Shown here one piece after another: positions 29,345-40,009 of a stretch of 64,000 nucleotides of DNA. The notes beneath the pieces are model-generated. The model made no database searches. It saw only the letters and a list, made by a program, of their open reading frames with translations, and was not told the origin of the DNA. The stretch is taken from positions 175,167-239,166 of the forward strand of contig JADIYM010000004.1 in assembly GCA_016705245.1 (NCBI GenBank), in the 5' to 3' direction. This DNA comes from Blastocatellia bacterium (lineage in GTDB: Bacteria > Acidobacteriota > Blastocatellia > UBA7656 > JADIYM01). A program made the translations under genes and the position numbers. The first letter of the stretch is position 1. Each line of letters starts with the position of its first letter.

Positions 29345-30739
29345 GTGGCCAGATCCAAAGTACTCATCGTCGATGACGAGCCGCTCCTGCGACACACCCT
29401 GGCGGAGGCGCTCAAGGGCTGGGGGTACGTGACGAGCGAGGCCGAAGACCTTCAGGCCGGCCTCGCGATTCTCGACTCCGATCCACCGGACGTCGTGCTG
29501 CTCGACGTCCACCTTCCGGATGGTTCTGGGATCGACCTGCTCGGAACGATCAAGACGCGCGACGGCGATGCCGTCGTCATCATGATGACCGGCAGCGTCC
29601 AACTCGACGACACCATCGCCGCCCTGCGAGGCGGCGCCTACGACTTCGTTACCAAGCCAATCAACCTCGAAGAGTTGCGGATCACGATCCGCAATGGCAT
29701 CGAGGCCACCACCCTTCGCACCGAAGTCGGCAGGCTCCGCTCCGAGCGGGCGCAGCGGTTCTCGTTCGACCAGATCATCTGTGACTCCGACGCCATGCGC
29801 GAGATTCTCATGCTGGGACGGAAAGTCGCCGAGAGCGAAGTTGCGAACGTCCTGCTGCAGGGTGAATCCGGGACCGGCAAGGATCTCGTCGCGAAAGCCA
29901 TCCACTACGCATCGCGTCGATCGTCGGGACCGTTCGTGGCGATCAACTGCGCTGCCCTTCCAGCGACTCTTATCGAGTCTGAGCTGTTCGGATACGAGAA
30001 GGGCGCGTTCACGGACGCCAAGGCTCGCAAGGAAGGCCTGTTCGAGCAGGCCGAGGGCGGCACGATCTTTCTCGACGAAATTGGCGAGCTCGAACACGCG
30101 CTCCAGGCAAAACTGCTCCGCGTCTTCGAAGAAGGCGCGTTTCGACGGGTCGGCGGTCTGAAGGACATTCCCTTCGACGCCCGGATCATCGCAGCGTCGA
30201 ACCGCGATCTGCGCGCGGAGAGTGAGGCGGGCAAGTTCCGACTCGATCTCTACTACCGCCTGGCCGTCATCCAGATCGATATCCCGCCGATGCGCGATCG
30301 CGGCGACGATGTCATCCTGCTGGCGAATTACTACATCTCGTCGCTTGCGACGCCGCTCCGACGCAAGATAAAGGGCCTCGACCGCGAGGTCGTACGGATC
30401 TTCAAGTCATACCCGTGGCCGGGAAATGTTCGAGAACTGCGCAACGTGATCGAGCGATCGATCATTCTCGAGGACGGCGACATGATCACGACGCGGTACC
30501 TGCCGCCGACGCTTGGTCGAACGACTGGCCCGGTCGGTGCGGAAAACTCGCAGGATCTGTTCGCGCTGCCGAAATCGGGTATCTCACTCGAGGCGCTCGA
30601 GAAGTCGCTGGTCCGCCAGGCGCTGGATCAGTGCGGTGGGAACCAGACCCGAGCAGCCGCGATGCTTGGAATCAGCCGCGATCAGCTCCGCTATCGGATG
30701 AAGAAGATGGACGAGGACGTCGCACCGGTCGACGAATAG
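29345..30739 (+). CDS. sigma-54-dependent response regulator (REC + AAA+ + Fis HTH, NtrC family)
   Basis: [13 protein letters not shown] domain. [15 protein letters not shown] Walker A. GAFTDA ESGAFTGA-like motif. C-terminal [22 protein letters not shown]. Confidence 0.85.
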   Translation: MARSKVLIVDDEPLLRHTLAEALKGWGYVTSEAEDLQAGLAILDSDPPDVVLLDVHLPDGSGIDLLGTIKTRDGDAVVIMMTGSVQLDDTIAALRGGAYDFVTKPINLEELRITIRNGIEATTLRTEVGRLRSERAQRFSFDQIICDSDAMREILMLGRKVAESEVANVLLQGESGTGKDLVAKAIHYASRRSSGPFVAINCAALPATLIESELFGYEKGAFTDAKARKEGLFEQAEGGTIFLDEIGELEHALQAKLLRVFEEGAFRRVGGLKDIPFDARIIAASNRDLRAESEAGKFRLDLYYRLAVIQIDIPPMRDRGDDVILLANYYISSLATPLRRKIKGLDREVVRIFKSYPWPGNVRELRNVIERSIILEDGDMITTRYLPPTLGRTTGPVGAENSQDLFALPKSGISLEALEKSLVRQALDQCGGNQTRAAAMLGISRDQLRYRMKKMDEDVAPVDE

Positions 30740-30752
30740 TCGGGATAGGGCC

Positions 30753-31919
30753 TTAATCGGGCCGCCTGGTCACCGTCAGCCAGTCATCCGTCCAACGCAT
30801 CTTCCGGAAACCGAACAAGTGGAAGAGCTGCAACGGGAAGAACCGGGCCATCCTCGTGTTCACGAACAGGACGTTCGGATTGTCGATCTGGCGTCTGACG
30901 CCGGGCAGAAGGTGAAGAACTCCGGCCGCGCCCGACCTGCGCATCACGCGCGATACTCCCAGCCAGAAAGGCCTCACCACCCGTGCCACGAAGAATCCGT
31001 CGTCGCCGAGCGCCTGATAGAGCGGCATGAGCATCAGGCCGGACTCGTCGGCCCGGATCGGACCTCGCCAGTCCGAGGCAAGCGTCTCTCCTCGCGCGAT
31101 CGGCTGAAAGTTGACGTAGCCGGGTCGCATCTCGAATCCATCTCCCGGCCGAACGGGATGTCGATGCCGGATCTCGACGAATCGACGTCCGCCCCCTGCC
31201 AACTCCAGCCTGCGACGATGCTCCGAAAGGTCCGGGACGTCAGCCGGCTCGAGCATTCCGGCGGTAACGAGCGCGATCCAGATGGCGGCGATGTCGTTGG
31301 CGAGGGAAGCTGGATCCTCGTGTTGCCCGGCCTCAAAGCCCAGCGTCACCATGCCCTGTTCGTTGAGGTTCGAGAGCATCGTGCCTTCGAGTTGCTCTTC
31401 GATGCCAAGGATGATGGTGACGGGAAAGGCCATTGCGAATTCGCGGTTTCGCAGCGTATCGCCGAGCGTGACGAACGGCGCGCCGGGAGCCGACGTGGAA
31501 TGGAGATCGATGACGAACATGTCTCCGCGCGAGCGCGCCCTTGCGTCATGGAACTCCTCGATGAGCTCGCACTTATCAGCGTCTTCCGAGACCGTGTCGC
31601 CGTCGCCCGACGCGACACTTTCGAGCCGGTTGGGAGTCCAGTGACGATTGAGATCTACGTCGACGTAGCGCCTCGACCTGGCTAGCGCCCGCGTGTTTCC
31701 CACTAGCAGCACGACATCGCCGCGGAGCCGTTCGGCGAGCTGGCGCAGGAGCGGCGCGATCTGTCGCCCGGCGGCGACTCCGGCCGGTTCGTTCCCGTGC
31801 AGGCCTCCGACGACGACGAGGGTCGGTCCGGGGGCAGCTCCCTCGATACGCGCAATGCGATGATCGGCGGCCCTCGCGGCCGCGCTCTTGACCTCGGAAT
31901 TCATGCTCGCCTGTAGCAC
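30753..31919 (-). CDS. succinylglutamate desuccinylase / aspartoacylase-family zinc hydrolase
   Basis: N-terminal LVVVGGLHGNEPAGV zinc-binding motif. Confidence 0.7.
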   Translation of the reverse strand: MLQASMNSEVKSAAARAADHRIARIEGAAPGPTLVVVGGLHGNEPAGVAAGRQIAPLLRQLAERLRGDVVLLVGNTRALARSRRYVDVDLNRHWTPNRLESVASGDGDTVSEDADKCELIEEFHDARARSRGDMFVIDLHSTSAPGAPFVTLGDTLRNREFAMAFPVTIILGIEEQLEGTMLSNLNEQGMVTLGFEAGQHEDPASLANDIAAIWIALVTAGMLEPADVPDLSEHRRRLELAGGGRRFVEIRHRHPVRPGDGFEMRPGYVNFQPIARGETLASDWRGPIRADESGLMLMPLYQALGDDGFFVARVVRPFWLGVSRVMRRSGAAGVLHLLPGVRRQIDNPNVLFVNTRMARFFPLQLFHLFGFRKMRWTDDWLTVTRRPD

Positions 31920-32109
31920 GACTCCGTATCCAGCAAGCCGAATGCCGCTGCGGACTTCGTCCCATTCGGGCCAGATCTGCCAGTTTCCGGCTTCCCGACC
32001 GACAAAAACGTGTGGAGAATCGCCCTGCCAGTGGGAAACGTAACCCAGCAGGACTGTAGCAGGCTCACTTCAGGCATCACGGGTAGTGGGGTCACCTTCG
32101 ACCAAGGTG

Positions 32110-32196
32110 CACCTGCGCCTTTGCGCCTTTGCGCCTTTGCGAGAACTTCTTCGACGGCTTGAAGAGTTTCTCGCAAAGGCGCAAAGGCGCAAGAGA
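32110..32196. repeat. long hairpin with three tandem cctttgcg units per arm (hairpin family copy C); terminator-like, downstream of the 32226-33926 operon
   Basis: ctgcgcctttgcgcctttgcgcctttgcgagaacttcttcgacggcttgaagagtttctcgcaaaggcgcaaaggcgcaagag. Confidence 0.6.
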
Positions 32197-32225
32197 GCAA
32201 CTGACAGATTGACCCACTACAGGCA

Positions 32226-32783
32226 TCACGGCTCCGTCTGCCGCCGACCGCTGACGCCGGGGTGCTGCCTGGCCAGCTCGTCGAGCGCGGCCTGCACGCG
32301 CACGCGGACCTTTTCGTCGTGGTCCGACAGTGCACGCTCGAGCCACGGAATCGTGGTCTCGGCATCGGGGCGGTTCAAGTCCGTCGACAACGTCACGAGT
32401 GCGAGCGCCGCGCGCCGTCGCAGGTACACGTCGTCGTTCTGAAGCTCGACGACCCAGTACGACGCCGGACGGCTGTCGTATTTCGGCTCACCGAATGGAT
32501 ATCGATTTTCGACGGCCCACGAGAGGCCTACCCATCCGCCCAAAAGGAAAGTCACGACCACCCCGGCAACGAGCGCGATCTTCTTCCAGGGTATCGGAAT
32601 CCGGCCGGGCTCTATCGAATCCGGTCGCGCGGGCCTCGCAGGCTTCGGCATTCGCGGGCCGATCGGACCCGTTCCGAGCAGCGACGCCCCGCAGCGGGCG
32701 CACGCATAAGCCGCGATCGTGTTCGGCACGCCGCATTTCGGACAACGAATCGACTCGCCTGGGCCGGCCGACATCATCAACAC
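32226..32783 (-). CDS. hypothetical zinc-ribbon / single-TM / HEAT-like repeat protein
   Basis: CPKCGVPNTIAAYACARCG ribbon, one TM helix, and a C-terminal HEAT-like stretch DHDEKVRVRVQAALDEL. Confidence 0.45.
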   Translation of the reverse strand: MLMMSAGPGESIRCPKCGVPNTIAAYACARCGASLLGTGPIGPRMPKPARPARPDSIEPGRIPIPWKKIALVAGVVVTFLLGGWVGLSWAVENRYPFGEPKYDSRPASYWVVELQNDDVYLRRRAALALVTLSTDLNRPDAETTIPWLERALSDHDEKVRVRVQAALDELARQHPGVSGRRQTEP

Positions 32784-33926
32784 GTCGACGGCTCCGGGGC
32801 CGTCTCATCGGTCGGCGCCGGCAACTCGGGCGGAGACTCGCCCGTGCGGAAGAACTCAGAGTCGCGATAAATCGCGTCGGCGAGGCTGAAGACCACCTTG
32901 AGGCCCGCAAGGACGGGAATCGCGAGTACGAGGCCGAGCAGCCCGAACAGTTCGCCCCCGATGATGAGCGCGATGAAGACGAGCATAGGATGAAGTGCGA
33001 GCCGATCTCCGATGAGCTTGGGCGTCAACACGTAATCCTCGACGATCTGCGCAATGATAAAGACCACGACGACGCCGCCGAGCTTCGCCAGGCTGGCGCC
33101 CGAGAGCGCCGCGAACGCCAGGGCAAGCACGGCGCCGCTCATGACGCCGAGGTATGGGATGATCCCGAGGAATCCGGCGATGAGCCCGATACCCGCCCAT
33201 AGGGGCACGCCGACGATCCACAAGCCGATCGCATACGTCAGCGACATGCCGATTGCGACCAGAAAGCGTCCACGAACGTAGCCGCGCATCACCGTCCCGA
33301 GATCGTCGGCGAGGCGCGTCCATCGAACACGGAAACGGTCGGGGATTCGCCGATCGAATCCCCGTCGGATATCGTGCAGGTCGACGAGCAGGTAATACAC
33401 GAAGAACGGCACGATGAGCAGTCCGAGCGCAGTCGAGCCAAGGTTCACGATGCCGAAGAATCCACCCATCAGCCACTCGCCAACCGTGGTCGTGATGGCC
33501 GAAGGATCATTGGCGACGCCCTCCATCGCCTCTCTCACACGGGCGAGAATCGCCGAGTCCACGTGCGTTTCGAGATAATCGAGCCCGTTTCGCGCGAGCT
33601 CGCTGCCCGCCTGCAGCGCCAGCGGGACCTGGCGGATCGACTCCTGCAGCTGGTGCCAGATACTCGGAAGCAGCACTCCGACGAGGAGGATCACGCCGAG
33701 AGTCGCGGTGGTCATTGCCGCGAGCACCGAGAGGTTACGCGACAGTTTGCGGCGCTCGAACCATTCGACGAAAGGCTCCATCATGTAGACGAGCGCGATG
33801 CTGACGAGAAAGGGGACGAGGATCGGACGAGAGAGGCGGACGAGAACAACGAGCGCAAGGACCACGATGAGCCCGGCCGGCACCCATCGGATCCACCAGA
33901 ACTGGGAAGAGCGAAGCGAGCTCATG
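32777..33926 (-). CDS. AI-2E family transporter (UPF0118/PerM-like)
   Basis: Start MSSLRSSQFWWIRW. 8 TM helices with the typical AI-2E topology. The low-complexity upstream ORF extension was rejected. Confidence 0.75.
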
Positions 33927-34068
33927 CGCCTTCCCCCGCTCGGGAACTCCGCCGGGCGGGAGTGTGAACCTCCGGTCGTCGCGTGGTCGTCGTGTGGGTC
34001 AGCAGGATCGAACGACGCGCAATGCCGCGCCGCCGCCGGCGAGTGTACCACGCCGGCGGCGCCGCGAT

Positions 34069-36597
34069 TCAGTCCTCGCGCCGGAGTACCGCGAGGGGAC
34101 GCAACAGGAGAAGATCCGCGGACGAGGCGAGCCCGACGAGCGTTGTGAGAGCCATCGCAAGACCGACGGCGATGACCACGGGGGCGGCCTCGGGCGTCCA
34201 CGGCATCTTGAACACCCACTTGCACGCAGCCCACGCGAGCCCGAGACCGAGGACCGAACCGACGGTCCCTGCCAGTCCTCCGAGAATCGCATGTTCCGCG
34301 ACGAGCACTCCAAGAAGCGTCTTCGTTCGCGCACCAAGCGTCTTCATCACCGCGATCTCGTACTCCCGGACGTACCGCGCCATTGCGACCGATCCCGCCA
34401 GAATCAACAGACCCGCGGCGAGCACGATCGAGCCGACTACCGAGATGGCGAGCGTAATGCTCGAGAGGACCTTCGAGACGTTCGCGATGATGTCGCGGGC
34501 ATCAATGACCGAGACGTTCGAGAACTGATCCGAGAGCTTTCGCGCGAGCCTGCCGCGTTCGGCGGGATCAATCGGGCCTCGCACGGCGCCGTTCGCGACG
34601 ACGTGCACGCTGTCGAGGCCGCCTGGACGGACAACGAACATGAACCCGAGCCGCGCATTCTGCCAGTCGACAGTCCGGATGTTCGCAATGCGCATCGGGA
34701 TCTTCTTTCCCTGGACGTCGAACGTGATCGACCGGCCGACCGAAAGATTGAAGTCATTGGCCAGTCCCTCCTCGACCGAGACTTCGGGATCGAGGGAGGC
34801 TTCTGCCGGCCACCACTCTCCGGCCGCAACGACTTCGACCGACGTGTCGAGCTCGGGTCTGGTCGCGACCGTGAACTCGCGCCCGAGCCGCCCGCGATCA
34901 CGCGGATCGGCAAGCTGTTCCGGCTCGAAAGGCACTCCATCGATTTCAGCAACGCGCGCCCGGACGGTGCCAACGAGAATCGGTTCGGAGCCCGTTTCGT
35001 TTCGCAGCAGCTCGGTCACTCCATCGATCTGGTCCGTCTGCACGTCTAGCAGGTACATATCCGGAAGATCGTCGTATTGTCGCTGGTCGAGTGCACGACG
35101 GATCGTCCTCTCGACACCGTTCACCCCGACGAGGAAGAACACGCCGAGGCCGATCGCGACGAGGATGGCGCGTGTCTGATTTCCCGGGCGGTTGACGCCA
35201 AGCGCCGCGTGCCTCAGCGAGAAAATCGGGATGCGGCCGACGGCCCGAACGATCCGCACGAGCAACGAGCCCGACAGCGCCGAGGCCCCGCCCGCGATGA
35301 GCAGTCCACCGAGGAACATTCCGCCGATGCGAATCGATCCTCCCTGCCAGCTGGCCACGGCCAGCAAACCTGCGATGACGATGACGGCTGATGCGACCCG
35401 CGAGAAGTTCCAGCGCGTCGCGCGCCGGGGATCCGCTGCGCGAAGCACGAGATTCGGCCGTATGTCGCTGACCCCGAGCAACGGCGTCAGAGAGAAGAGC
35501 AACGCGACGAGCACGCCGACGGCGACGCCCTGACCGACGGCCGACCACGTGAGGCCGAGCGAGATCGCGCCGAGCGGACCGTCGGCAAGCGTCGACCGCA
35601 CGACCAGAAGTGTTACGCCGGCGACGACAACTCCGACGACTGCCCCGGTGAGGCCGACGATGAGCATCTGCAGCGTGTAGGCGAAGACCGCGACGCGATT
35701 CGTGCAACCGAGACACTTGAGCACGGCGATCGACTTCCAGCGCTCCGAGATGTAGACGCGGGTCACGCTCCAGATGCCGACGCCGCCAAGCACGAGAATG
35801 GCAAGGCCGACGAGGCTCAGGAAATCGGCTGAAGTCGACAGCATCGACGAGATGCTCGCCTCGGTATCCGTGTAGCCGCGAACCGTGATCTGCTTCGAGT
35901 CGAATTCCTTCTTGAGGTCGGCGATGGTTGACTTGTACTGGTCCTCGGGTACACGGAGCATCGTCACGGACCGGGCTCGCACTGGCCGGTCGAGTAGCTT
36001 CGTCGCCGTGAGATCCGCCTTTGCGATTATGGCTCGCGACCCGACGTTGAAATTGGCGATTCCATTGTCGGGCTCGCGCTCTATGAGGCCGCGGATCGTG
36101 AAAGTCGTCTCTCCGACCTTGACCACGTCCCCGACGCCGACGCCGAGCTGAGCTGCGAGCGTCGGCCCGATGAGAATGCCGCGGTTCGCGAGAAGCTCGG
36201 GCGCGTACGCGACGCCATCGGTCAGCGCAAGACGGCCATAGAACGGATAGCCGACGTCCACGGCTTTCAGCTCGATGAGCTTCGAGGAGGATCCACTCGC
36301 ATCACCCATCATCGTTGGAAGCTCGATGAACTCGCTCTGCTCCGAGATGCGCCCCGAGCTGCTGAAGCGCTCGATGACGGGCGAAACGACGGTTGAAGCC
36401 TTCGTGCTCGAGCGAACGACGATGTCGCCCGAATTGATCGCGCGCGATTCGTTCGCCGTGAAGGCGTTGACGCTCTGAATCGTCGACCGGAGCACCACGA
36501 TGGCGCCAACGCCGAGCGACAGGCAGATCGTGAAGAACGCAAGTCGGCGCCACGAGGATCGAAGTTCGCGATAGGTGAGCAGCAGCGCGAACTTCAC
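34069..36597 (-). CDS. ybbP: ABC transporter permease with two FtsX-like domains (YbbP family)
   Basis: 842 aa, two 4-TM FtsX modules. The stop overlaps the ATPase gene. Confidence 0.8.
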   Translation of the reverse strand: MKFALLLTYRELRSSWRRLAFFTICLSLGVGAIVVLRSTIQSVNAFTANESRAINSGDIVVRSSTKASTVVSPVIERFSSSGRISEQSEFIELPTMMGDASGSSSKLIELKAVDVGYPFYGRLALTDGVAYAPELLANRGILIGPTLAAQLGVGVGDVVKVGETTFTIRGLIEREPDNGIANFNVGSRAIIAKADLTATKLLDRPVRARSVTMLRVPEDQYKSTIADLKKEFDSKQITVRGYTDTEASISSMLSTSADFLSLVGLAILVLGGVGIWSVTRVYISERWKSIAVLKCLGCTNRVAVFAYTLQMLIVGLTGAVVGVVVAGVTLLVVRSTLADGPLGAISLGLTWSAVGQGVAVGVLVALLFSLTPLLGVSDIRPNLVLRAADPRRATRWNFSRVASAVIVIAGLLAVASWQGGSIRIGGMFLGGLLIAGGASALSGSLLVRIVRAVGRIPIFSLRHAALGVNRPGNQTRAILVAIGLGVFFLVGVNGVERTIRRALDQRQYDDLPDMYLLDVQTDQIDGVTELLRNETGSEPILVGTVRARVAEIDGVPFEPEQLADPRDRGRLGREFTVATRPELDTSVEVVAAGEWWPAEASLDPEVSVEEGLANDFNLSVGRSITFDVQGKKIPMRIANIRTVDWQNARLGFMFVVRPGGLDSVHVVANGAVRGPIDPAERGRLARKLSDQFSNVSVIDARDIIANVSKVLSSITLAISVVGSIVLAAGLLILAGSVAMARYVREYEIAVMKTLGARTKTLLGVLVAEHAILGGLAGTVGSVLGLGLAWAACKWVFKMPWTPEAAPVVIAVGLAMALTTLVGLASSADLLLLRPLAVLRRED

Positions 36598-37337
36598 GAG
36601 CGATCACCCGCAGGCGCGAACGCGACGTCGAGCGATGGATCGCCAGCAGACCTGGAGGCGTCTTCGACCACGTGGCCGCCTTCGAGCGCGATGCGGCGCG
36701 GCGCGAGTGCCGCGAGCTCGCGATCGTGCGTGACCAGGACGAGCGTCGTCCCGCGCGATTCGTTGAGCCGCAGCAACAGCTCGATGATCTGGTGTCCCGT
36801 GGCCGTATCCAGGTTTCCAGTCGGCTCGTCGGCGAGGAGGATCGGCGGGTCGTTCGCGAACGCGCGTGCGATGGCCACGCGCTGCTGCTCGCCCCCCGAG
36901 AGTTGCGACGGATAGTGCGTCCGGCGGGAGCCGAGCCCCACCTGGTCCAGCAGTTCCCTTGCCCGAGTCATGGCCCCGCGGCGTCCGGTGATCTCGATTG
37001 GAAGTGCGACGTTTTCGAGCGCGGTCAACGACGGGATCAGGTGAAACGACTGGAAGACGAAGCCCAGCGACGCGCTCCTCAAGCGCGCGAGCGCATCCTC
37101 GCCGAGGGCCGTGACGTCGCTGCCGTTCACGATGATGGTGCCGGTGGTTGGGGCGTCGAGTCCCGCAACGAGCCCGAGCAGCGTCGACTTGCCGCTTCCA
37201 CTGGGTCCGACGACCGCTAGAATGTCGCCGGCCCCGATATCGAGGTCGAGTGGATGAAGGATCGTGAGGCTGCCCTCCGCGGACGGCACGGTCTTTGACA
37301 CGCCACGAAGGCTGATGATGGTTGGGCTCATGGACAC
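36594..37337 (-). CDS. ybbA: ABC transporter ATP-binding protein (YbbA/LolD-like)
   Basis: GPSGSGKST Walker A, LSGGEQQRVAIARA signature, ILLADEPT Walker B. Confidence 0.85.
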   Translation of the reverse strand: MSMSPTIISLRGVSKTVPSAEGSLTILHPLDLDIGAGDILAVVGPSGSGKSTLLGLVAGLDAPTTGTIIVNGSDVTALGEDALARLRSASLGFVFQSFHLIPSLTALENVALPIEITGRRGAMTRARELLDQVGLGSRRTHYPSQLSGGEQQRVAIARAFANDPPILLADEPTGNLDTATGHQIIELLLRLNESRGTTLVLVTHDRELAALAPRRIALEGGHVVEDASRSAGDPSLDVAFAPAGDRS

Positions 37338-37354
37338 GAATGGTACCCTTTCGT

Positions 37355-38065
37355 ATGACTGATCGCTGGAATCGCCGCCTTGCCGCGTGTTTCGCCTTGC
37401 TCGTTCCCTTCGCTGCCGTCCTCGCCGTTGGATGCAGCCAGCCCGACCGCGAGAGCGCCGTAGCCCCGTCCGGCCCGGTCGCAGCGACAGCTCCGGCGCG
37501 AGCCCCAGGCGCTTCTCGTCCGCGGATTCTCGCGTTCGGCGACAGTCTGACGGCCGGCTACGGAATTCAAAAGAGCGAAAGCTATCCGTCGGTGCTTCAA
37601 CGCATGCTCGACGAACGCGGGTATGTTTACGAGGTGGTCAACTCCGGAGTTTCCGGAGAGACCACGGCTGGCGGGCGCCGCCGCATCGATAAGGCGCTCG
37701 ACGGTGACGTCCGGATCGTTGTCATCGCGCTCGGAGGCAACGACGGACTGCGCGGGCTTCCGCCGGCGGATCTGAAGGTGAACCTCGAGGCAATGGTGGA
37801 CGCTGCAAGGGCGAAGGGCGCGAAGGTGCTGCTCGCCGGCATGGAGGCGCCGCCGCAGATGGGTGACGCGTACACCCGTGAATTCCGCGACGTCTATCGC
37901 GCCGTCGCGAAGCAGCGTGGAGTGGAGCTGCTTCCGTTCCTGCTCGAGGGTGTCGCCGGCGAGGCCGAACTGAACCAGGCGGACAGCATTCACCCGAACC
38001 CGGAGGGCGCCAGGTTAGTGGCCAGGACCGTGTTCGGCGCGCTCGAACCGATGCTCAAGCCCTGA
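37355..38065 (+). CDS. tesA: GDSL/SGNH arylesterase-thioesterase I / lysophospholipase L1
   Basis: ILAFGDSLTAGYG catalytic Ser block and GGNDGLRG block. Divergent from ybbA, as in the conserved ybbA-ybbP/tesA neighbourhood. Confidence 0.8.
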   Translation: MTDRWNRRLAACFALLVPFAAVLAVGCSQPDRESAVAPSGPVAATAPARAPGASRPRILAFGDSLTAGYGIQKSESYPSVLQRMLDERGYVYEVVNSGVSGETTAGGRRRIDKALDGDVRIVVIALGGNDGLRGLPPADLKVNLEAMVDAARAKGAKVLLAGMEAPPQMGDAYTREFRDVYRAVAKQRGVELLPFLLEGVAGEAELNQADSIHPNPEGARLVARTVFGALEPMLKP

Positions 38066-38133
38066 CAACCGCCGCCCGTGACTTTGGCATCACAGCTCCG
38101 TCCGGAATGCGTGGTCCGGATGGGAGGCGAGCC

Positions 38134-38460
38134 ATGGAGAAGGTCACGACACTGGTGATTGGCGATCTCGCGATCGGCGACTGTGTCGAGTTTCGGACCG
38201 CGCACAGCCACTATCGTTTCTGGGTCGAATTTCCGGACCAGGCCGTCGGGATTCTCTTCGGCGGCCGACTGCCCGGTCCGACGCGGGTTCGCCTGTCAGC
38301 GGATCCGGCGACTGCGACGGACGCGCCGACGCGACCGATTCACCCCGGCGAGCACGCTCGACTCGTCCTGCTGGCGCCGGACGGAACGGCAATTCGCTGC
38401 ATCGTGACGTCGACGATCGTCGAGATCATGGTCGTCAAGAACGGACGCGCCGCTGCCTAG
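38134..38460 (+). CDS. hypothetical protein
   Basis: About 108 aa, no known motif. Confidence 0.35.
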   Translation: MEKVTTLVIGDLAIGDCVEFRTAHSHYRFWVEFPDQAVGILFGGRLPGPTRVRLSADPATATDAPTRPIHPGEHARLVLLAPDGTAIRCIVTSTIVEIMVVKNGRAAA

Positions 38461-38559
38461 CGGTTTCCCGGCTCATGCGCGAATCGTTTGGAGTGCGGCG
38501 TGAAGCGCCGCTTTGGATCTACAGAGATGACCATAGGTTCGAAATGACCACTGCCAAGG

Positions 38560-38695
38560 ACGGGCGGTCCACGCATCAGTACCGGGCGCGGTAGCGCTCG
38601 GGTCAGCCTCTCCGTTAGCCCGCTCCTGGTGTCGTCACACGCGCTCGGGATCGACCCGAGCGCTACCGCGCCCGGTACTGATGCGTGAGGCGTGC
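38560..38695. repeat. variant copy of the MITE/REP-like palindromic element
   Basis: catcagtaccgggcgcggtagcgctcgggtc ... gacccgagcgctaccgcgcccggtactgatg. Confidence 0.7.
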
Positions 38696-38847
38696 GATGC
38701 ATTCGTCTTAGTCAATCATGTGACACGTCCGTGAACGGCTCTGTAATTCCCGAGACGCGAAAGTCGGAATCCAAAGCGGCGCTGCGCGCCGCACTCCAAG
38801 GCGCTTCGCGCAAGACTCTTCAAGGCAGTTTGGCGTACGATTCCGGC

Positions 38848-39687
38848 ATGCGAATCATTCGAGCCGCCGCGGCGCTCATAACCTGCCTGTTCCTTCTCGG
38901 CATCGGCACCCCGGTGACCTCCACGACTGCGCAACAGAAGTCCGACGCCTTTGTACCCCCGACTGCGCTCGAGCTCGCGATCGAGCCGATGGCGCCGATC
39001 GGCGACTCGGTCTGGGTGGCGAAGATCGGAGAGGGGCTGTGGGTATTCACCGCAACGGGCGCGATCTCGAGCGGCGCTGTGTTTCCGGCGAACGGCATGC
39101 TGCTCGAAACGAAGACCGGCTCGGTGGTCGTCGATCCGGGCTGGACCGCGGCTCAGTCGAAGGCGCTGATGCGATGGGCCCGCGAGACGCTTCACAGGCC
39201 AGTCGCGAAGGCCGTGGTCACACACTCGCACAGCGACAGGATGGGAGGAATCGAGCCGCTCGCGGAGGCGGGCATTCCGGTGCTCGCGCTCGGGCGAACA
39301 CGCGAGTTGGCGCAAAAAGCCGGGCACACGATTTTGCCGATCGCTGTGGCCGAACTTGAAACGAAGCCTTATCGCGATCCGGACGGCTTCGAGCTGTACT
39401 TTCCGGGCGCTGGTCATACGCCTGACAACATCGTGGTCAATTTTCCGGCTCACTTTCTGGTCTTCGGCGGCTGTCTGGTCAAGTCAGTGACGTCGGCCGA
39501 CCTCGGGAATCTCGCCGATGCGGTGATGACCGAGTATCCCGGCAGCATCGAGCGGGTAATGCGGGCGTATCCGAAGCGCCGGATCGTGGTACCGGGTCAC
39601 GGCTCGATCGCCGGCGATCCACTTGCGCACACTCTGAAGTTGCTGCGGGATCTCGGGGCTGCGACGCCGCCGGCACGTGAGCGGTAG
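38848..39687 (+). CDS. secreted MBL-fold metallo-hydrolase (possible class B beta-lactamase-like)
   Basis: Signal peptide MRIIRAAAALITCLFLLGIG. VTHSHSDRMGG metal motif, GHTPDN, and PGHG. Confidence 0.65.
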   Translation: MRIIRAAAALITCLFLLGIGTPVTSTTAQQKSDAFVPPTALELAIEPMAPIGDSVWVAKIGEGLWVFTATGAISSGAVFPANGMLLETKTGSVVVDPGWTAAQSKALMRWARETLHRPVAKAVVTHSHSDRMGGIEPLAEAGIPVLALGRTRELAQKAGHTILPIAVAELETKPYRDPDGFELYFPGAGHTPDNIVVNFPAHFLVFGGCLVKSVTSADLGNLADAVMTEYPGSIERVMRAYPKRRIVVPGHGSIAGDPLAHTLKLLRDLGAATPPARER

Positions 39688-39737
39688 TCCGTGACCTGTC
39701 AGCGCAATCCAGTGCGCTGTCTAGGTATAATCCCGGT

Positions 39738-39998
39738 ATGGCGCGCGGATGGGACAGCAAGGCGATCGAGGACCAGATCGCGGAGGCGGAAGCGGCAAAG
39801 GCCAATCGCGATAAGCCGGTAGTATCGCGTGACGAGCGTGAGTCGGTTGCACGACTCAGGTCGCTCGAACTGTCTCGCGTGAACGTGCTTAACCGACTGG
39901 AGGCTGCCCGCGACGAGCGGTATCGCGTTCAGCTGAGCGCGGCATTGGACCACCTTGAGAACGAAATCCGTGAGCTGAACGAAACCGCTGCGCGGTAG
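39738..39998 (+). CDS. hypothetical small coiled-coil protein
   Basis: 86 aa, charged and heptad-like. Confidence 0.4.
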   Translation: MARGWDSKAIEDQIAEAEAAKANRDKPVVSRDERESVARLRSLELSRVNVLNRLEAARDERYRVQLSAALDHLENEIRELNETAAR

Positions 39999-40009
39999 AC
40001 AGCGGGCGA

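Noticed and set aside
33927-34234. Upstream extension of about 100 aa on the AI-2E transporter ORF, and a similar extension on hemolysin III (16018-16467)
   Set aside because: Low-complexity Arg/Gly/Pro sequence that overlaps the preceding gene. A conserved N-terminus begins at an internal Met.
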